In this document: positions 19,903 through 29,812 of the stretch, piece by piece
Layout: each line of letters opens with the position of its first letter
Numbering within the stretch: the first letter of the stretch is position 1
DNA from: a virus
IMG/VR virus record: IMGVR_UViG_3300006108_000015
Coordinates: 5,693 to 69,692 of that record
DNA: 64,000 nt
Reading direction: 5' to 3' (one strand)
Notes under the pieces: model-generated
The model's database searches: none
What the model was told of the DNA's origin: nothing
The model's input: the letters and a program-made list of their open reading frames with translations, nothing else
Position numbers and translations under genes: made by a program

Positions 19903-21080
19903 TTACGTACCCTAAGTAAATTAGCTTTTGCAAATTCCTTTCGATCAACCAATTTAGTTGGTTCGCCAGCATGATTAACTACAAATCCTTCAGGACCTGT
20001 TCTTTTACCATCAATGTGATGTTCCAAACCACCTTCATGTTGATTTAGTGTATTAACTAATACATCTTTAGCTTTCTGTAGATGATGATGAAGTTTCAAG
20101 ATATTTTCGTAATCTTCTTTATGTGAATCAATATGTTGTGTGTGATATTTCAATTCTGAGTTTTTACGTGATTGAGCAGCTGGAGTTTTTAATTTATCAA
20201 TTGCTTTTTTATACTTATCTGTAATATGTTTTTTTAAACCTTCAGCTGAAGGTTTTTCATCTGTTTTTATAGTATGATTAATATATGTTGCAAGATGACC
20301 TGTTTCACCTCCGTGAGGTTCTATCGTTTTATACATGTTTTTTTTGTGTTCATCATGTATCTTCTGTGCGGCAGTCATGTGATTATTGAATTCTTTTTGA
20401 TCAGATTCGGAATAATGAACTTGTTTTGTATCATGTGTTGGTGATTTTTGATACACATCAGGATGATGATTAAAATTATGCAAATCTGGATGTGGATCAG
20501 ATTTCATTGAATGAATATTATCACCATGATATTGAGTATGAGTTACAATACCAATTTTAGAATTTTTAATTCTATCAGCCTCTTCACCTTTAGCCGTATA
20601 TGTTATGGTATTAGGTGTGAAAGATACTTTTCCACCTTTTTCATGCTTCAAATCATCACCTGAATGCATGATATCACCTTGATAGACACCAGTTTTAGGT
20701 GCAACTTTTTTAAGGTGATTCAATGCTGCGTGTAATTTTTCCATGAGTCCTGGTGCATGACCATGATTTTTTTCAATATCTTCATGTGTGTAATTAATTT
20801 TTGGTGTCTTGTTAAATGCAGACTTACTTGCCACGAAAAACTTACCATTTTCTGGATGGTGACCGAATACAACAGCCGGTGAACCATCATATTTCATGGT
20901 TAGTGTTGAACTTTTATCACCAGATTTAATATGATTGTGAGCTTGTATCAATGCACCTTTGGTATGTTCAAAACCTTTTGATCCATGAAATATAGGACGA
21001 TCTTCAGCATGATGTATATGCTTGAGTTTACCATCTCCAGATTCTGTTTCCTCTTTAAGGAAACTTAAGAAAGACCGCAT
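19899..21080 (-). CDS. DUF6267-like protein with ATP-dependent ligase motifs
   Basis: KYDGSP, YQGD, EGFVV, KLVDR; start MRSFLSFLKE after GGAG. Confidence 0.7.
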   Translation of the reverse strand: MRSFLSFLKEETESGDGKLKHIHHAEDRPIFHGSKGFEHTKGALIQAHNHIKSGDKSSTLTMKYDGSPAVVFGHHPENGKFFVASKSAFNKTPKINYTHEDIEKNHGHAPGLMEKLHAALNHLKKVAPKTGVYQGDIMHSGDDLKHEKGGKVSFTPNTITYTAKGEEADRIKNSKIGIVTHTQYHGDNIHSMKSDPHPDLHNFNHHPDVYQKSPTHDTKQVHYSESDQKEFNNHMTAAQKIHDEHKKNMYKTIEPHGGETGHLATYINHTIKTDEKPSAEGLKKHITDKYKKAIDKLKTPAAQSRKNSELKYHTQHIDSHKEDYENILKLHHHLQKAKDVLVNTLNQHEGGLEHHIDGKRTGPEGFVVNHAGEPTKLVDRKEFAKANLLRVRK

Positions 21081-21137
21081 TGACTTTTCTCCAGATATGC
21101 AACACACTATGGTTGCTGATTTTCATTGTTACAGTCT

Positions 21138-21145
21138 TATTTATA
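21138..21145 (-). promoter_or_regulatory. T4-type late promoter heading the internal-protein cluster
   Basis: TATAAATA. Confidence 0.7.
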
Positions 21146-21201
21146 CAACTTTGAAGTTTCTATTTTTTTGACGTAGAAATCTTCAAACAAATACATAGTG
21201 G

Positions 21202-21729
21202 TCACAGAATTACATAACATCTTTGATATCCACACTTTGCAAATGTGATTTGACTACCAAACAATTCAGTTATTGCTCTTTTAGCACCTTCAAGTTCATA
21301 ATCATCAAACCACATAATACCACCTTTTACCATCATTGGTTTGAGGTAATTAATGCAGTCGATATATGACTTATACTGATCAACATCAATGTGAGCAAAT
21401 GCAATACTTGGCATTTCTACAGCACTTTTCGGAAATATACCTTGTACTACTTTAGCATAAGGTAATGCATCTCTGACTGCTTCAAAACTAGTATCTCCAA
21501 AGTCACCCACTTTATGTTTTTCATAATCCTCTCTGAAAGGAATACCAGTGAAAGTATCATACAAATAGATTTCTCTATTTTGTTTTTCTGCAAGTTCCGT
21601 CAAATATGATGCAGTACCACCTTTGTAAACACCAACTTCAACGAAACATCCTTCAGGAACATTACTTGCAGTTGCAACTAATTCTTTAATGATTCTAATA
21701 TCACCTACTGCTGATGGTAAATAATTCAT
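21202..21729 (-). CDS. TylF/MycF-family O-methyltransferase
   Basis: VEVGVYKGG, YDTFTG, HIDVDQY, FDDY. Confidence 0.85.
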   Translation of the reverse strand: MNYLPSAVGDIRIIKELVATASNVPEGCFVEVGVYKGGTASYLTELAEKQNREIYLYDTFTGIPFREDYEKHKVGDFGDTSFEAVRDALPYAKVVQGIFPKSAVEMPSIAFAHIDVDQYKSYIDCINYLKPMMVKGGIMWFDDYELEGAKRAITELFGSQITFAKCGYQRCYVIL

Positions 21730-21730
21730 T

Positions 21731-22450
21731 TTAAATCTCCAACTCTTTTACGTGAACTAGTTTTGATTTTCTGTTTAGATAATAGTGTCTTTCAAAATCA
21801 AACTCAACTGGTCTTCCATCCCAAACTCGCATATCTTCATCCCAACATACGATAGTTTCTTTATTCATCAAATCAGCAATGATACCGACTCCAGTAAATG
21901 TAGTAATAAACTTGTTAGGATTGGTCTTGATGATGAAACAATTATACATTAAATCTTTACTATAATCCAGATATGCTACTTTATTAGGATCTGGATTTGC
22001 ACCATTCTCCACAACATTAGTATTTCGTCTAGTATCAATAGTTGCATGATTCCATCTATCACCAATTATTACTTTATCAGTAAAACAATCAATATCTAAA
22101 TCTTGAACTTTTATTTCAAAAGAATCATCAACTTGAAAATCTAAATTGTAGTGATCTCTTAACCAGTTTTCATAACGACATGTTTCAATTGGTCTATTTG
22201 GATCAGTCTTATCTTCTCTTGTCCAAGAACTAAGATTTACATAATTACCATATGGTATAATATCATCATCAAAATTAACATCAGTAAACAAGTCCTGATA
22301 AAGTAGAAACTCTTTGATTCCATTAAACTTTTTCATTTCACTTCTTATAGTGAAATCTAATTTACCGTATGTATTCACTAATCCCGATATAACAGGAATA
22401 GCATTCATGAAATCGCCAAGATTTGCTGTACATTCAATTCTAACTTTCAT
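21731..22450 (-). CDS. putative glycosyltransferase (GT9-like N-terminus)
   Basis: NLGDFMNAIPVI and FTGVGIIA; glycan-cluster context. Confidence 0.45.
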   Translation of the reverse strand: MKVRIECTANLGDFMNAIPVISGLVNTYGKLDFTIRSEMKKFNGIKEFLLYQDLFTDVNFDDDIIPYGNYVNLSSWTREDKTDPNRPIETCRYENWLRDHYNLDFQVDDSFEIKVQDLDIDCFTDKVIIGDRWNHATIDTRRNTNVVENGANPDPNKVAYLDYSKDLMYNCFIIKTNPNKFITTFTGVGIIADLMNKETIVCWDEDMRVWDGRPVEFDFERHYYLNRKSKLVHVKELEI

Positions 22451-23240
22451 TGAAGTTCCTAAAAATAACAAATGGATCGTTTTCTTGAATTGGGTGAAGT
22501 TCAAATATATCTTTTTGGTATAGATATGCTAACAACATTAAAGTCTGGTCATCGTCAATCATATTTGCATCTGTAAGATTCTTAAATGCACCACGAATCA
22601 ATTCTTCTAACTTAGGCCACATTTCTTTACCTGCAATAATTTTAGCACCAAACATATGAACAATATTATTTGCAATAATAGTTTGAATAGGTTGACCTTG
22701 ATAATCTCTAAAATTAAAGAAATGTATTTTGTCAGTTGCAAATGGATATTTCCATTCTTTTACATCATTTAAAGTTTCTTTAGTTCTACAATATCCAAAA
22801 TCTAACCACGCAACAAGATCAGTATCTACAAAATTGTTCTGAATAGAAAAGTTTACCAAATGTGATTTTAGATAATTAACGAGAACATAATCAGCGGACC
22901 AGTATTCTGGATTCCTAACTTGCATTGGACTGATCATATTTTGAAAGTTTGGATTCTTCTGAATCTTAGAAATTAGGTCTCGTTCTTTTTGAAACGTGTT
23001 TGGAAAATCAATACTAATTATTTTAGTTTTAGTCATTTTATCTTTACGAATCTGGTAGACTTTATCTGCCAAATCTTCAGATGTAAAGATGACCATTTCA
23101 TTATCTAATTGTGCCAGATGGCCAAATCTTTCAAAATATGTATCAGTTGTTCTATGAAGATAGTGAGGAAGACCTTTCTCTGGAGTCCAGTTTCCTCTAC
23201 CTATGTCAAAGAAAGCAGTTACAATTGAGATATCACTCAT
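22440..23240 (-). CDS. HtrL/YibB (WlaTC)-family protein, putative glycosyltransferase
   Basis: IVTAFFDIGRGNW, AWLDFG, DDDQ. Confidence 0.8.
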   Translation of the reverse strand: MSDISIVTAFFDIGRGNWTPEKGLPHYLHRTTDTYFERFGHLAQLDNEMVIFTSEDLADKVYQIRKDKMTKTKIISIDFPNTFQKERDLISKIQKNPNFQNMISPMQVRNPEYWSADYVLVNYLKSHLVNFSIQNNFVDTDLVAWLDFGYCRTKETLNDVKEWKYPFATDKIHFFNFRDYQGQPIQTIIANNIVHMFGAKIIAGKEMWPKLEELIRGAFKNLTDANMIDDDQTLMLLAYLYQKDIFELHPIQENDPFVIFRNFNES

Positions 23241-24085
23241 TTGTATTTTGCCTCAATAGACTCTTTCCACTCAGGTACACGATCATATTGATGAACAATT
23301 GTGAATTCTTTGAACTTTGAAGTCAACACTTTGCCACCTAACCATTGTGGTTCTGCTTCCAATAGATTTGGACGGAATGAATCCATCTTAGAAGGATCAG
23401 CAACAGTACCTGCTTGACATGCCCAACCATCGCTTTGTTTTGCAAATAGAGTTACATCTTTGAATGGTTGAGTTTGAATCAATACATTGAATACTGCTTG
23501 ATCAACGATTCGAATTGGTCGTGATACTGAATTGAAGAAAATGTTAAATGCCAAATCTTTCATGTATTCGGCAGTACCACCTAGAGTACCTACATTATAG
23601 ATTTCATTTTCTTTGAAGATTTCATGAACATATGGACCATAGGTCTGCTTCAGATTATCATCACCCCATGCTTCATCTTTATATTTTAATGCTTCAGATC
23701 CAGCAACAAGTTTCTTGTCACCTAGATTTTCTTTGAGCCAGTCAATTGGATTCTTTTGGAAGATAACATCTTTAACATCAGTGGTAACAACATAATCATA
23801 CTCTTGCCATGTATCTTTGAGTAGATTGTAGATGTGGAAGAATCTCTCAATATGAATAGGTGCTGGTGTTTCATGTTTGAACATTTGTTCAGCATCATCT
23901 TGATCAAACACGATGACATTGAAACCAGAATCTGAGATTTTTTGAACGGTATCAAATGATGCGTTGAACACGATCATTACCTTGTCACCTTCAAACCCAC
24001 ATTGATTGACTGAGTTGATCCAAGGAGCAACTTTATCAAAATCATAATTTGTCATTGCACCAATAATTAAACTTTTCTTTTCCAT
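23237..24085 (-). CDS. putative GT-A glycosyltransferase
   Basis: TDVKDVIFQKNP, DQAVFN, HQYDR. Confidence 0.6.
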   Translation of the reverse strand: MEKKSLIIGAMTNYDFDKVAPWINSVNQCGFEGDKVMIVFNASFDTVQKISDSGFNVIVFDQDDAEQMFKHETPAPIHIERFFHIYNLLKDTWQEYDYVVTTDVKDVIFQKNPIDWLKENLGDKKLVAGSEALKYKDEAWGDDNLKQTYGPYVHEIFKENEIYNVGTLGGTAEYMKDLAFNIFFNSVSRPIRIVDQAVFNVLIQTQPFKDVTLFAKQSDGWACQAGTVADPSKMDSFRPNLLEAEPQWLGGKVLTSKFKEFTIVHQYDRVPEWKESIEAKYK

Positions 24086-24783
24086 GGGAATTCTCCATTA
24101 TATTTGTCATTCATAATTTTATTACCGTTTTCGAAAAACTCTTGAGTTACTGAGCCTTCATTTCCTGCTAATCTATAATTCACTGTATATTCACCAGTAC
24201 AATCAAATTGATTAAAATGTTGTGCTATGGTGTGTAAGAATACTCTATCTTGTCCCCAACCACCATGCCAAGCACTTGCTAATTTAGTTGCAACATCAGT
24301 TTTGATACAATATGTATTTGTATCAACATGATTCACTCCATGATATGTTGGCCACTTACCTAGTGATTCACAGTCATCATTACATATATATTCACCATTC
24401 TTATCACATATTTTTCTGAGAGAATAACACCAATCTAGATTTTTTGATTGAATAGTATCAACGCAAGATGCAACATGATTAGAATCAAACCAGTTATCTT
24501 GGTCCAAGTATAACACATAATCTGTATTAAGTAAATGGGTAAATGCAGCATAAACACGATGACCGTAGAATCCATTTGCACCAACATTAATTGGTAAATA
24601 ACAGATTTCTAAATTCTTATGGTGTCCTGCAATTAGTCTGGTCTTAGAATGAAACTTTCTACCATCTGCAACAACATAACATTTGGTCGGATATGACTGA
24701 GAAAGAACACTATCGATTGCCTGTTTAACTTCGTCTGAACCTGTTGTAGGTATAATCACTGTTGATGTCATAATAATATCCAA
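24067..24783 (-). CDS. glycosyltransferase family 2
   Basis: VIIPT, SVLSQ, VVADG, YLDQDN. Confidence 0.85.
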   Translation of the reverse strand: MDIIMTSTVIIPTTGSDEVKQAIDSVLSQSYPTKCYVVADGRKFHSKTRLIAGHHKNLEICYLPINVGANGFYGHRVYAAFTHLLNTDYVLYLDQDNWFDSNHVASCVDTIQSKNLDWCYSLRKICDKNGEYICNDDCESLGKWPTYHGVNHVDTNTYCIKTDVATKLASAWHGGWGQDRVFLHTIAQHFNQFDCTGEYTVNYRLAGNEGSVTQEFFENGNKIMNDKYNGEFPWKRKV

Positions 24784-24788
24784 TAAGT

Positions 24789-25934
24789 TTAATATATCTT
24801 ACCAAAAGGTCCAAATCCTTTTCCTCTTTTTTCAGCTAAGAAAAATAAATCGGTTATAAATTTTTCCATTCCATCATTACCTATGGATAATATTTTATAA
24901 AGAAAATCTAGCTGCATTAATTTAGAGTTTGCTGTTCCATAATTATCTTTATCATTTAACATTTTCATCATAGAAGTTGAAAACTCTATATCACTATCAA
25001 TTTGTGTTTTTGATTTTTTCTTAATACTGTTAAATTGTTTTTTATATTCTTTAATATTTGAATTGAAATCTGAAGCTGTTGTTGCAAAATTCTTCCAGTT
25101 ATTATCAATAGTTATGCCATGTTTTTTCCCGGCATCTATAACTAAATTAACAGGAGCTTTACCTATTTGAGCTGCTGCTCCAGGTTCTTGAAACTCAAAA
25201 ATTAAATTACCCGGATTATAAGTTCTACCTGAAGTTCTAACTGTCAATGTGTATTTCACTTCTTCTTTAGTGTATTTCACTGTGAAAAATATTCTTAAAT
25301 CATTAGCTTTAAAAGTTCCATCTGGACGAAGTAATAAATCATATCGTATTTCTTCAATATCAAAAGTTGGATGTTTTCCACTCGTAAATAAAACTCCATC
25401 TTTAATATTAACTTCTTGATATCTAGCAACACTTTCTTTATTTCCAACTTTTTTTAAAGATATTCCAACAACTTTTCTTTCCTGGAAAAAGGTACGTAAA
25501 AGAGCGTTTAATTTCTCAATATCGTTACTCGTATCAACAGTATCTGTTATTTCTTTGATAACTTGTTTTTCATTCTGTACACACCAAACATCAGCTGGAT
25601 CCCAAGCGTCTTTTTTTGAAATACCATATTTCTTATTGACTAATTTCGAAACAAATTCCATAAATCCTCCTTTTACACTAAATTCTTTAAATTTAGCGTC
25701 AGAGAATTCAACTAGGAATCTTTTTTGTTGTTTATAAAAAGTTTTAACCCAATCTTGATCAACATATGGATAAATTCCTTGTTTTGATTTTGTACCTATA
25801 ATGTTTTTTTGAAAATTAACATCTTTCCAAATTTCGTCAGGACTTGCATATTTTACATTATCATTTAATGCTCTGTCAAAAATCCATGCAGAAGTTTTTT
25901 CTTGCATTTCTGTCAATTCTGATGAACTTGGCAT
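24789..25934 (-). CDS. putative PD-(D/E)xK nuclease
   Basis: QE...WDPADVW...VVGISLKK. Confidence 0.5.
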   Translation of the reverse strand: MPSSSELTEMQEKTSAWIFDRALNDNVKYASPDEIWKDVNFQKNIIGTKSKQGIYPYVDQDWVKTFYKQQKRFLVEFSDAKFKEFSVKGGFMEFVSKLVNKKYGISKKDAWDPADVWCVQNEKQVIKEITDTVDTSNDIEKLNALLRTFFQERKVVGISLKKVGNKESVARYQEVNIKDGVLFTSGKHPTFDIEEIRYDLLLRPDGTFKANDLRIFFTVKYTKEEVKYTLTVRTSGRTYNPGNLIFEFQEPGAAAQIGKAPVNLVIDAGKKHGITIDNNWKNFATTASDFNSNIKEYKKQFNSIKKKSKTQIDSDIEFSTSMMKMLNDKDNYGTANSKLMQLDFLYKILSIGNDGMEKFITDLFFLAEKRGKGFGPFGKIY

Positions 25935-25960
25935 GTTCCGTTAACTCCAAATTAAAATAT

Positions 25961-27070
25961 TTATCTTATAATCTGAATATCTTTACCTGAAGTCCATACT
26001 TCAAGTTCTGTTCTTAATCTACCCTCTGATTTCAGAGTTTCGTATCTATTTATTGCTTTATTTCTCCACCATTCAACAATATTACTTAGATTATGTTTCT
26101 CATAATTTTCACCAGGAATTAATTTATCAGTTTTACATGCCATATAGTCTACCATATTTTTAAAACCATAATCACTAGTATAGTATCTTTTCTTTTCTGT
26201 TAAACTTTTAGCCGTTTCAATTGTATTTAAAAATTCATCACCTTCTTTAGTTCTTTTAAGTGCTGATTTAGTTAAAGCTATAATTTTAACAAAAATTCTA
26301 AGTTTTCTACTTGTTGTTGAAGTATCTCCTTCCAATATATCTCCAACACAACTTTCAACATAATCTTTTAGTTTATCATACGCATCACCATGTAACATAG
26401 GTACCATATCTGATTCTGTTAATCCTCTAAATCTAATATATGGTTTCATACCATCATATTGTGAAACACTCTTAGTGCTACCATATAAACTAGTGGTCTC
26501 AAATAAACATAAATTCATATTGTATTTTTTATTACACATCTCACGAACTTCGTGTGATGTACAAATTGCCGCTATAAGTTTACCGCCAAGATAATTATAT
26601 CCAAAAGGTTGAGAGGGTACGATCACAAATCCCATGATACTGGATGCATTAAATCTTTTAGATGTGTCTGGATTTTGAATCCATACATGACCTAATAGTT
26701 GATTTCTTGGTGCCATGTAAATCATTGGCGATCCCAATCGAATAAATCCTATAATCTTTCCTGTATTTTTTTCTCTAACAGCAAGTTGAATATTTTTACC
26801 AACCGGAGACTTATTCACATGTGAGGATGTAATACTGACTAATGTTTCCCATTGTTCGTTTGGTATCTCACATACTTCAATATCCATATCTTTTGGATGC
26901 ATAGTGAAATCTGAAAACAAATCATCCTCAGGAGGAAATAAAGATGAAGGAATAGATTGTACATGTTTTAATTTCTCTTCACGCATGTACTGTTCAATAG
27001 AACCAGTGTTCTCAAAATAATCTTTGAACATTTTGGCACAGTGTAATGCCTCATCCCTTGATAACATCAT
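25961..27070 (-). CDS. DUF4338 / DruA-like protein
   Basis: VPSQPFGYNYLGGKLIA, ETTSLYG..SQYDG. Confidence 0.65.
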   Translation of the reverse strand: MMLSRDEALHCAKMFKDYFENTGSIEQYMREEKLKHVQSIPSSLFPPEDDLFSDFTMHPKDMDIEVCEIPNEQWETLVSITSSHVNKSPVGKNIQLAVREKNTGKIIGFIRLGSPMIYMAPRNQLLGHVWIQNPDTSKRFNASSIMGFVIVPSQPFGYNYLGGKLIAAICTSHEVREMCNKKYNMNLCLFETTSLYGSTKSVSQYDGMKPYIRFRGLTESDMVPMLHGDAYDKLKDYVESCVGDILEGDTSTTSRKLRIFVKIIALTKSALKRTKEGDEFLNTIETAKSLTEKKRYYTSDYGFKNMVDYMACKTDKLIPGENYEKHNLSNIVEWWRNKAINRYETLKSEGRLRTELEVWTSGKDIQIIR

Positions 27071-28446
27071 ATTTTAAATCCTTCAAATGATTTCTTAAAC
27101 TTATCTTCTGATTTTTCTATTCTACCAGCATCCGCAATATCAACTTGTGCAGATTGTTCAGTATCATACAACTTCATCTTTGCTCGATCAATACCTACAG
27201 TGAATCGTTTATACATTGTTGGATCAGAATATCTATTCTTCAATTGTTTCACCATAATCTGACCAAGTTCTTCGAGTTCTTCACTGGAAATCAAAGCAAA
27301 CATCAAATCCGCGGTTGCCGGGAGACCAAACGATTCACTAGTGTCTTCCAATCCCGGATCACTGCTGGTAAATCCACTTCTTGTTGTCTGAGTAGCAGAT
27401 ACCAAGGGAACATTAAACTCAACTGCCAAGCCCCTAAGTTCTTCAGCAATTGCCTTAACATAGGTATAGGAATTAACAGATGCACCAGCTTTAATGCGAG
27501 AAGAACAACAGATATTGAGGTAATCAACAAAAATAATGTCGGGAACAAAACTACGCTTAAGATTAAGTTCATTTAACAAAGTCCTAAAATGTGTAGATGA
27601 TGCAGATGCAGTTGGATATTCTTTGATGATCAATTTACCATTTGTCATCTTTTTAACTCGATCTACTTTTCTATCATACATATCTTTTGGTAAGTCTACC
27701 AAATCATCAAGTGTTACATTCAAAAGATTAGCATCAATTCTTTCAGCAATCTTCTCTTCCGACATTTCCATGGTGATGTAAAGTACATTATAACCCTGTA
27801 CCATGCATCCTGCTGCAACATGACACATGAATAATGATTTACCGACTCCTGTACCAGCAAGTGCAATATTTAGAGTTTTATTTGGAAGACCACCCTTGGT
27901 AATCTTATTGAAGTATTCTAGATCAAATGGAATTCGTTCTTCTTTTTTATGATAGAATTCAAATCGTTCATCAGAATCATCTAGATAATCATGACCAACT
28001 GTTGTATCAAAACTGATAGCAAGAGCATCAGATAATATTGTAGGAATTGCACCTTTATCTTGTGTTTTATCTTTACCATCAAGAATTGTAATAGAATTCA
28101 ATACAGCATTATAGATTGCTTTTTCTTGACAGAATTTTTCTGTCTTATCTGTAAGCCATTGAATTTTAGACTCTTCTGATTTAATCTTTTCGATTTCATC
28201 AAGATAAGTCTTACAAGATTCTATTTCTTCGTTGGTGAGATTGCGTCTATCTTTGACAGATAGAATAATGGCTTCGGTAGATGCGGTGGAATTGTATTTT
28301 GTAGTAAAAGAGTGAATCTCTTCATAAATCACTCTTTCTGTTCTATCAGTAAAATACTCAGATTTTAAAAATGGTAATACTTTGCGGAGATATTCTTCAT
28401 TGTAAATTAAATTCTTCAGTATTGCTTGTTCCAATCTCTTCATCAT
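27067..28446 (-). CDS. 41: replicative DNA helicase
   Basis: LAGTGVGKS, DYLNI, ATQTTRSG, QLKNRY. Confidence 0.95.
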   Translation of the reverse strand: MMKRLEQAILKNLIYNEEYLRKVLPFLKSEYFTDRTERVIYEEIHSFTTKYNSTASTEAIILSVKDRRNLTNEEIESCKTYLDEIEKIKSEESKIQWLTDKTEKFCQEKAIYNAVLNSITILDGKDKTQDKGAIPTILSDALAISFDTTVGHDYLDDSDERFEFYHKKEERIPFDLEYFNKITKGGLPNKTLNIALAGTGVGKSLFMCHVAAGCMVQGYNVLYITMEMSEEKIAERIDANLLNVTLDDLVDLPKDMYDRKVDRVKKMTNGKLIIKEYPTASASSTHFRTLLNELNLKRSFVPDIIFVDYLNICCSSRIKAGASVNSYTYVKAIAEELRGLAVEFNVPLVSATQTTRSGFTSSDPGLEDTSESFGLPATADLMFALISSEELEELGQIMVKQLKNRYSDPTMYKRFTVGIDRAKMKLYDTEQSAQVDIADAGRIEKSEDKFKKSFEGFKI

Positions 28447-28723
28447 CTATTTCCTGATCAATATTAGCAGACATAAGTTCAACTAGAAAGTCACCAAGAT
28501 AGTTCTTAAAATCACTGTCTTTTTCTAATTTTTTTGGTTTATCTACTATAGATTCTAACACATCATAACCAAAAAGTAAATAGACTTGATCATCTTTTTC
28601 TTCAAATTTGACCTTACCATATTTAAATAATGTATCTTTGTATGGACCATCAAGCAGTTTAATGTGAACCGCTTGATTATCTTCTTTAGGATAAATGAAA
28701 CAATAATCTAGTCCTTCAATCAT
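28397..28723 (-). CDS. hypothetical protein at the position of T4 gene 40
   Basis: Between uvsX and 41; synteny only. Confidence 0.55.
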   Translation of the reverse strand: MIEGLDYCFIYPKEDNQAVHIKLLDGPYKDTLFKYGKVKFEEKDDQVYLLFGYDVLESIVDKPKKLEKDSDFKNYLGDFLVELMSANIDQEIDDEEIGTSNTEEFNLQ

Positions 28724-28724
28724 A

Positions 28725-29780
28725 TTATGCCTCTGCAAATATATTTTCCATATCGTCTTCCATGATATTTCCAGAAGCAACTTGATATTTGTTTTCAACA
28801 AATTTACGGAATGAGTTATCTTTAAGAATAGGTAACCAGAAATCTTTAGTATCAGTATCCTTGATACGATACTTCTTATCTTCTACCTCACCAGTTTCAG
28901 TATTCACTTTACTATACCAACCCACTGAAGGTTTAACAACATGTCCAGATTCTAATGCAATATCAAGAAGACCTGACCATTTACTGATACCACCATCAAA
29001 CGACACTGTAACTGGAATCTTAGACTTTTCTTTCACATATCTAGATTTCTCTACATTAATAATGAAATTGTAACCAACAACTTCTGTTCCTTCTTTTTCT
29101 TGTTGACGACCAATGATAAAGATATTATCAGCAGAATAATATGAACCAGTACCACCGCCTACCACGTCTTTGGCATACAGTTCCATCGTTTTATATGTAT
29201 GATTGACTACGATCATCGGAATATCTTTCATGGTCAAGTGTGGTGTGACCATGCGGAATAGAGATTTGATCTGTTTGGCTCTTGACATATCAGCAACAGA
29301 TTTACCTTCAAGAGTATCTTCAACTTCTTTCTTAGAAGCAAGATTACCAATAGAATCTATGACAATAATCAACTTATCGTCACGATCTAATTGTGTGAGT
29401 TGTTGCATTACATCAAATTTAAGTTGCTCAATATCAACCAAGGGAGTGTGTAATACTCGATCAGTATCAATGCCAAAAGTATCAAAATAAGATTGAGGAG
29501 TGCCAAATTCTGAATCATAGAATAGTAGTGCAGCATCCTTATATTTGTCTAGAAACGATTTGGCCATCAAAAGTGAAAATGCAGTTTTAAAGTGCTTTGA
29601 TGGACCTGCCCACATAGTAAGACCTGGAGTTAGACCACCATCTAACTTACCAGATAGTGCCACATTAATAATTGGCACTGCGGTAGGAATCATATCTTTA
29701 TCTAGAAAAAACTTAGATTTAGATAAAATTGCTGATTCCTTAATACTGCTATTTTTTCTAATTTTGTCAAGTATACTCAT
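28725..29780 (-). CDS. uvsX: RecA-like recombinase
   Basis: AGPSKHFKT, YDSEFG, DSIGNLASKKE, GGGTG. Confidence 0.95.
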   Translation of the reverse strand: MSILDKIRKNSSIKESAILSKSKFFLDKDMIPTAVPIINVALSGKLDGGLTPGLTMWAGPSKHFKTAFSLLMAKSFLDKYKDAALLFYDSEFGTPQSYFDTFGIDTDRVLHTPLVDIEQLKFDVMQQLTQLDRDDKLIIVIDSIGNLASKKEVEDTLEGKSVADMSRAKQIKSLFRMVTPHLTMKDIPMIVVNHTYKTMELYAKDVVGGGTGSYYSADNIFIIGRQQEKEGTEVVGYNFIINVEKSRYVKEKSKIPVTVSFDGGISKWSGLLDIALESGHVVKPSVGWYSKVNTETGEVEDKKYRIKDTDTKDFWLPILKDNSFRKFVENKYQVASGNIMEDDMENIFAEA

Positions 29781-29812
29781 TTTATTACTCCCATTCATAA
29801 CAACATTATTAA

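Noticed and set aside
28397-28723. Naming this ORF gene 40
   Set aside because: Only synteny supports it; no sequence similarity recognised
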